A stretch of 64,000 nucleotides of DNA, taken from the NCBI GenBank assembly GCA_963843845.1, contig CAWJMB010000002.1, positions 3,431,597 to 3,495,596 of the forward strand. Reading direction: 5' to 3'. This document shows, piece after piece, positions 62,501 to 64,000 of the stretch. The position numbers and the translations under genes are program-made. The stretch's first letter is position 1; the number at the start of each line of letters is the position of its first letter. The notes beneath the pieces are model-generated. The model did no database searches, was not told the origin of the DNA, and saw only the letters and a list, made by a program, of their open reading frames with translations. The DNA comes from an uncultured Gemmatimonadaceae bacterium (GTDB lineage Bacteria; Gemmatimonadota; Gemmatimonadetes; Gemmatimonadales; Gemmatimonadaceae).

Positions 62501-62965
62501 TGCCGCCCTCCGCGCGGCACGCGACAGACGTCGTGCATCCCGGCGACGTCGCGCGCGCTGCCCGAGAGGTAGAGCCACTGCCCGTCGCGCTCCAGCCGTC
62601 GAGCGACTCGGCGGCGTCGTCGAAGGTGACGCGCCGTGAGCGCGCCGCTCGCGAGGTCGAGCACGTAGACGTCGCCGTTGCCGGTGCGCGTGCGACACGA
62701 ACGCGACGCGCCGCCCGTCGGGCGAGCAGCAGCGGGCGGCTCTCGAGCGCCGGGTCGCGCGACGAGCAGCCGCGCCTCGCCGCCCTCGCGCCGGCACCGT
62801 CCAGATGTCGCCGCCCGACACGAACGCGATCTCGCGCCCGTCGGGCGAGAGCGACGGCTCGGCGAGCGACGGGCGCGCTGGAGACTGAGCGGCGCCGACG
62901 GTCGCCTGCAGTACCACGGCGAGGAGGGCGGCCGAGTGCGAGCGGGCGGCGCGGCGAGGGAGCAC
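59566..62965 (-). CDS. S41 family tricorn-like protease with PD40 repeats and PDZ; many frameshifts
   Basis: SPDG repeats, MVGELNASH, DVRNNNGG, SLSDAE, DSQLDAAV. Confidence 0.88.
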
Positions 62966-63006
62966 GAGGGGGCGGGTGAAGGACGCCGGAATCTATTCGT
63001 GCGGTG

Positions 63007-63042
63007 CCGCGCGAACGCCGGGTCGACCCGGCGTTCGCGCGG
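63007..63042. repeat. perfect 36-bp palindrome
   Basis: CCGCGCGAACGCCGGGTC|GACCCGGCGTTCGCGCGG. Confidence 0.92.
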
Positions 63043-63109
63043 TCGCGGCGAGTGCGCGGCGGGCGTCGGCTCGCGGGGCGCGTGCGGGCTGGGCCGGGCG
63101 CGGACCTCC

Positions 63110-63292
63110 GACTACGCGCTACTCAGAGCCGTCGCTGCGTAACACGCACGGCGCGCGAAAGGAAATTGCGCAGGTATTTGGCGGGCAACAGCTTGCGAGA
63201 TGACGTGCAGAGCATGGTCATCGTTATACGGCGTCGGGCGCCGTAGAATGTGTGGATGCGGGGCGTGGGGAGCTGTACAATTGGCGTTAGAC
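63110..63292 (+). mobile_element. candidate integron recombination-site region (attI-like or 3' half of attC) ending in core site GTTAGAC
   Basis: GC drop; GTTRRRY core at 63286-63292, 5 nt before the ATG of a low-GC ORF. Confidence 0.45.
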
Positions 63293-63297
63293 GGCAC

Positions 63298-64000
63298 ATG
63301 CATCGACGGAGTCTCCGAGTGGTGTCGTCGCGCAAGCCGGAAAGTTCCGATCCACGGATCACCCTCGACGAGATGAGTGCCGCGCTCCGTCGGTCGGGTT
63401 ATCTGTTGGAGAGTCGCCTGGCTACCGTCTTGCGAGCGAGTGATTTCCGCGTCCAGACCAATGCTGCCTATCCAGACCCAGCGACGGGTAAGTCGCGAGA
63501 GCTGGACTTGCACGCGCAATGCATGCGCGGGTGGCAGATTGGTCCGGACGAGAACGATATGCTTTGGCCGAGAGTTCGTCATCGAATGCGTGCATCCCCC
63601 TCAGCCCGTCGCATTTATCTCAAGCCCAAATAGGCCAGGAATCCTCTCCGCGTTCCGCCCGGTTGATTGCGCTCGGATCGCAGGTATACCGCTTCACTCG
63701 GACGTCAATAGACAAGAGGAGAGTTGGTCATGGCTCCCTGGGGTTACGGGGTTCGCAGCCAAGCACCACTACGGAAAAGGAGTTTTATCGACGCAATTCT
63801 GCTCCTTTGAGTTGAAACGAGGGTCCAAGGACTGGATTGCGAAGCATAGGGATGAGGACCACGAGGCATTCACGAAGCTCTGCGATGCGCTCGACTTCTA
63901 CGTGGCCGACTTTTATCGATCGATGTACGTGCCACCGCAGCCCACGAAGGAATTGCAGCTTTGCATGATGTATCCGGTCTTGGTAGTTGAAAGAGGGGAG
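63298..64000 (+). CDS. PD-(D/E)XK restriction-endonuclease-like protein; frameshift near 63571; runs off right edge
   Basis: SGYLLE...YPDPATGKSRELDLHA, then in the shifted frame EFVIECVHPPQPVAF...YPVLVV, open to the window end; markedly lower GC. Confidence 0.65.

Noticed and set aside
1..64000. CRISPR array
   Set aside because: No 25-40 bp repeats with unique spacers and no cas genes; the repeats seen are short tandem or inverted repeats.

Overview
Very GC-rich (roughly 75% by eye) bacterial chromosomal segment. Gene content (Oar-like TonB receptor, PEP-CTERM protein, tricorn S41 and M14 peptidases, PD40-amidohydrolase) suggests a Gemmatimonadota-like organism, which is an inference. Many genes, including normally essential metK, carry single-base frameshifts, most likely long-read consensus errors. 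Most of the window is housekeeping, envelope and peptide-scavenging genes (tRNA-Cys, metK, thrC/thrB, mscL, mug, ada, Uup-type ABC-F, GH2, vapBC). Highlights: (1) a translationally coupled TRAFAC GTPase plus GAP1-like gene pair at the left edge, resembling GTPase-centred conflict systems; (2) the octamer GCCTAACG/CGTTAGGC, counted 20 times, mostly inside genes where it imposes a rare TTA codon; (3) a SAM-II-like pseudoknot between a clear promoter and metK; (4) a promoter, leader peptide and terminator arrangement in front of a MATE pump; (5) at the right edge, a GC drop and an integron-type GTTAGAC site directly followed by a PD-(D/E)XK-like ORF, with no integrase in the window. All family assignments come from motif recognition by eye, not from database searches.
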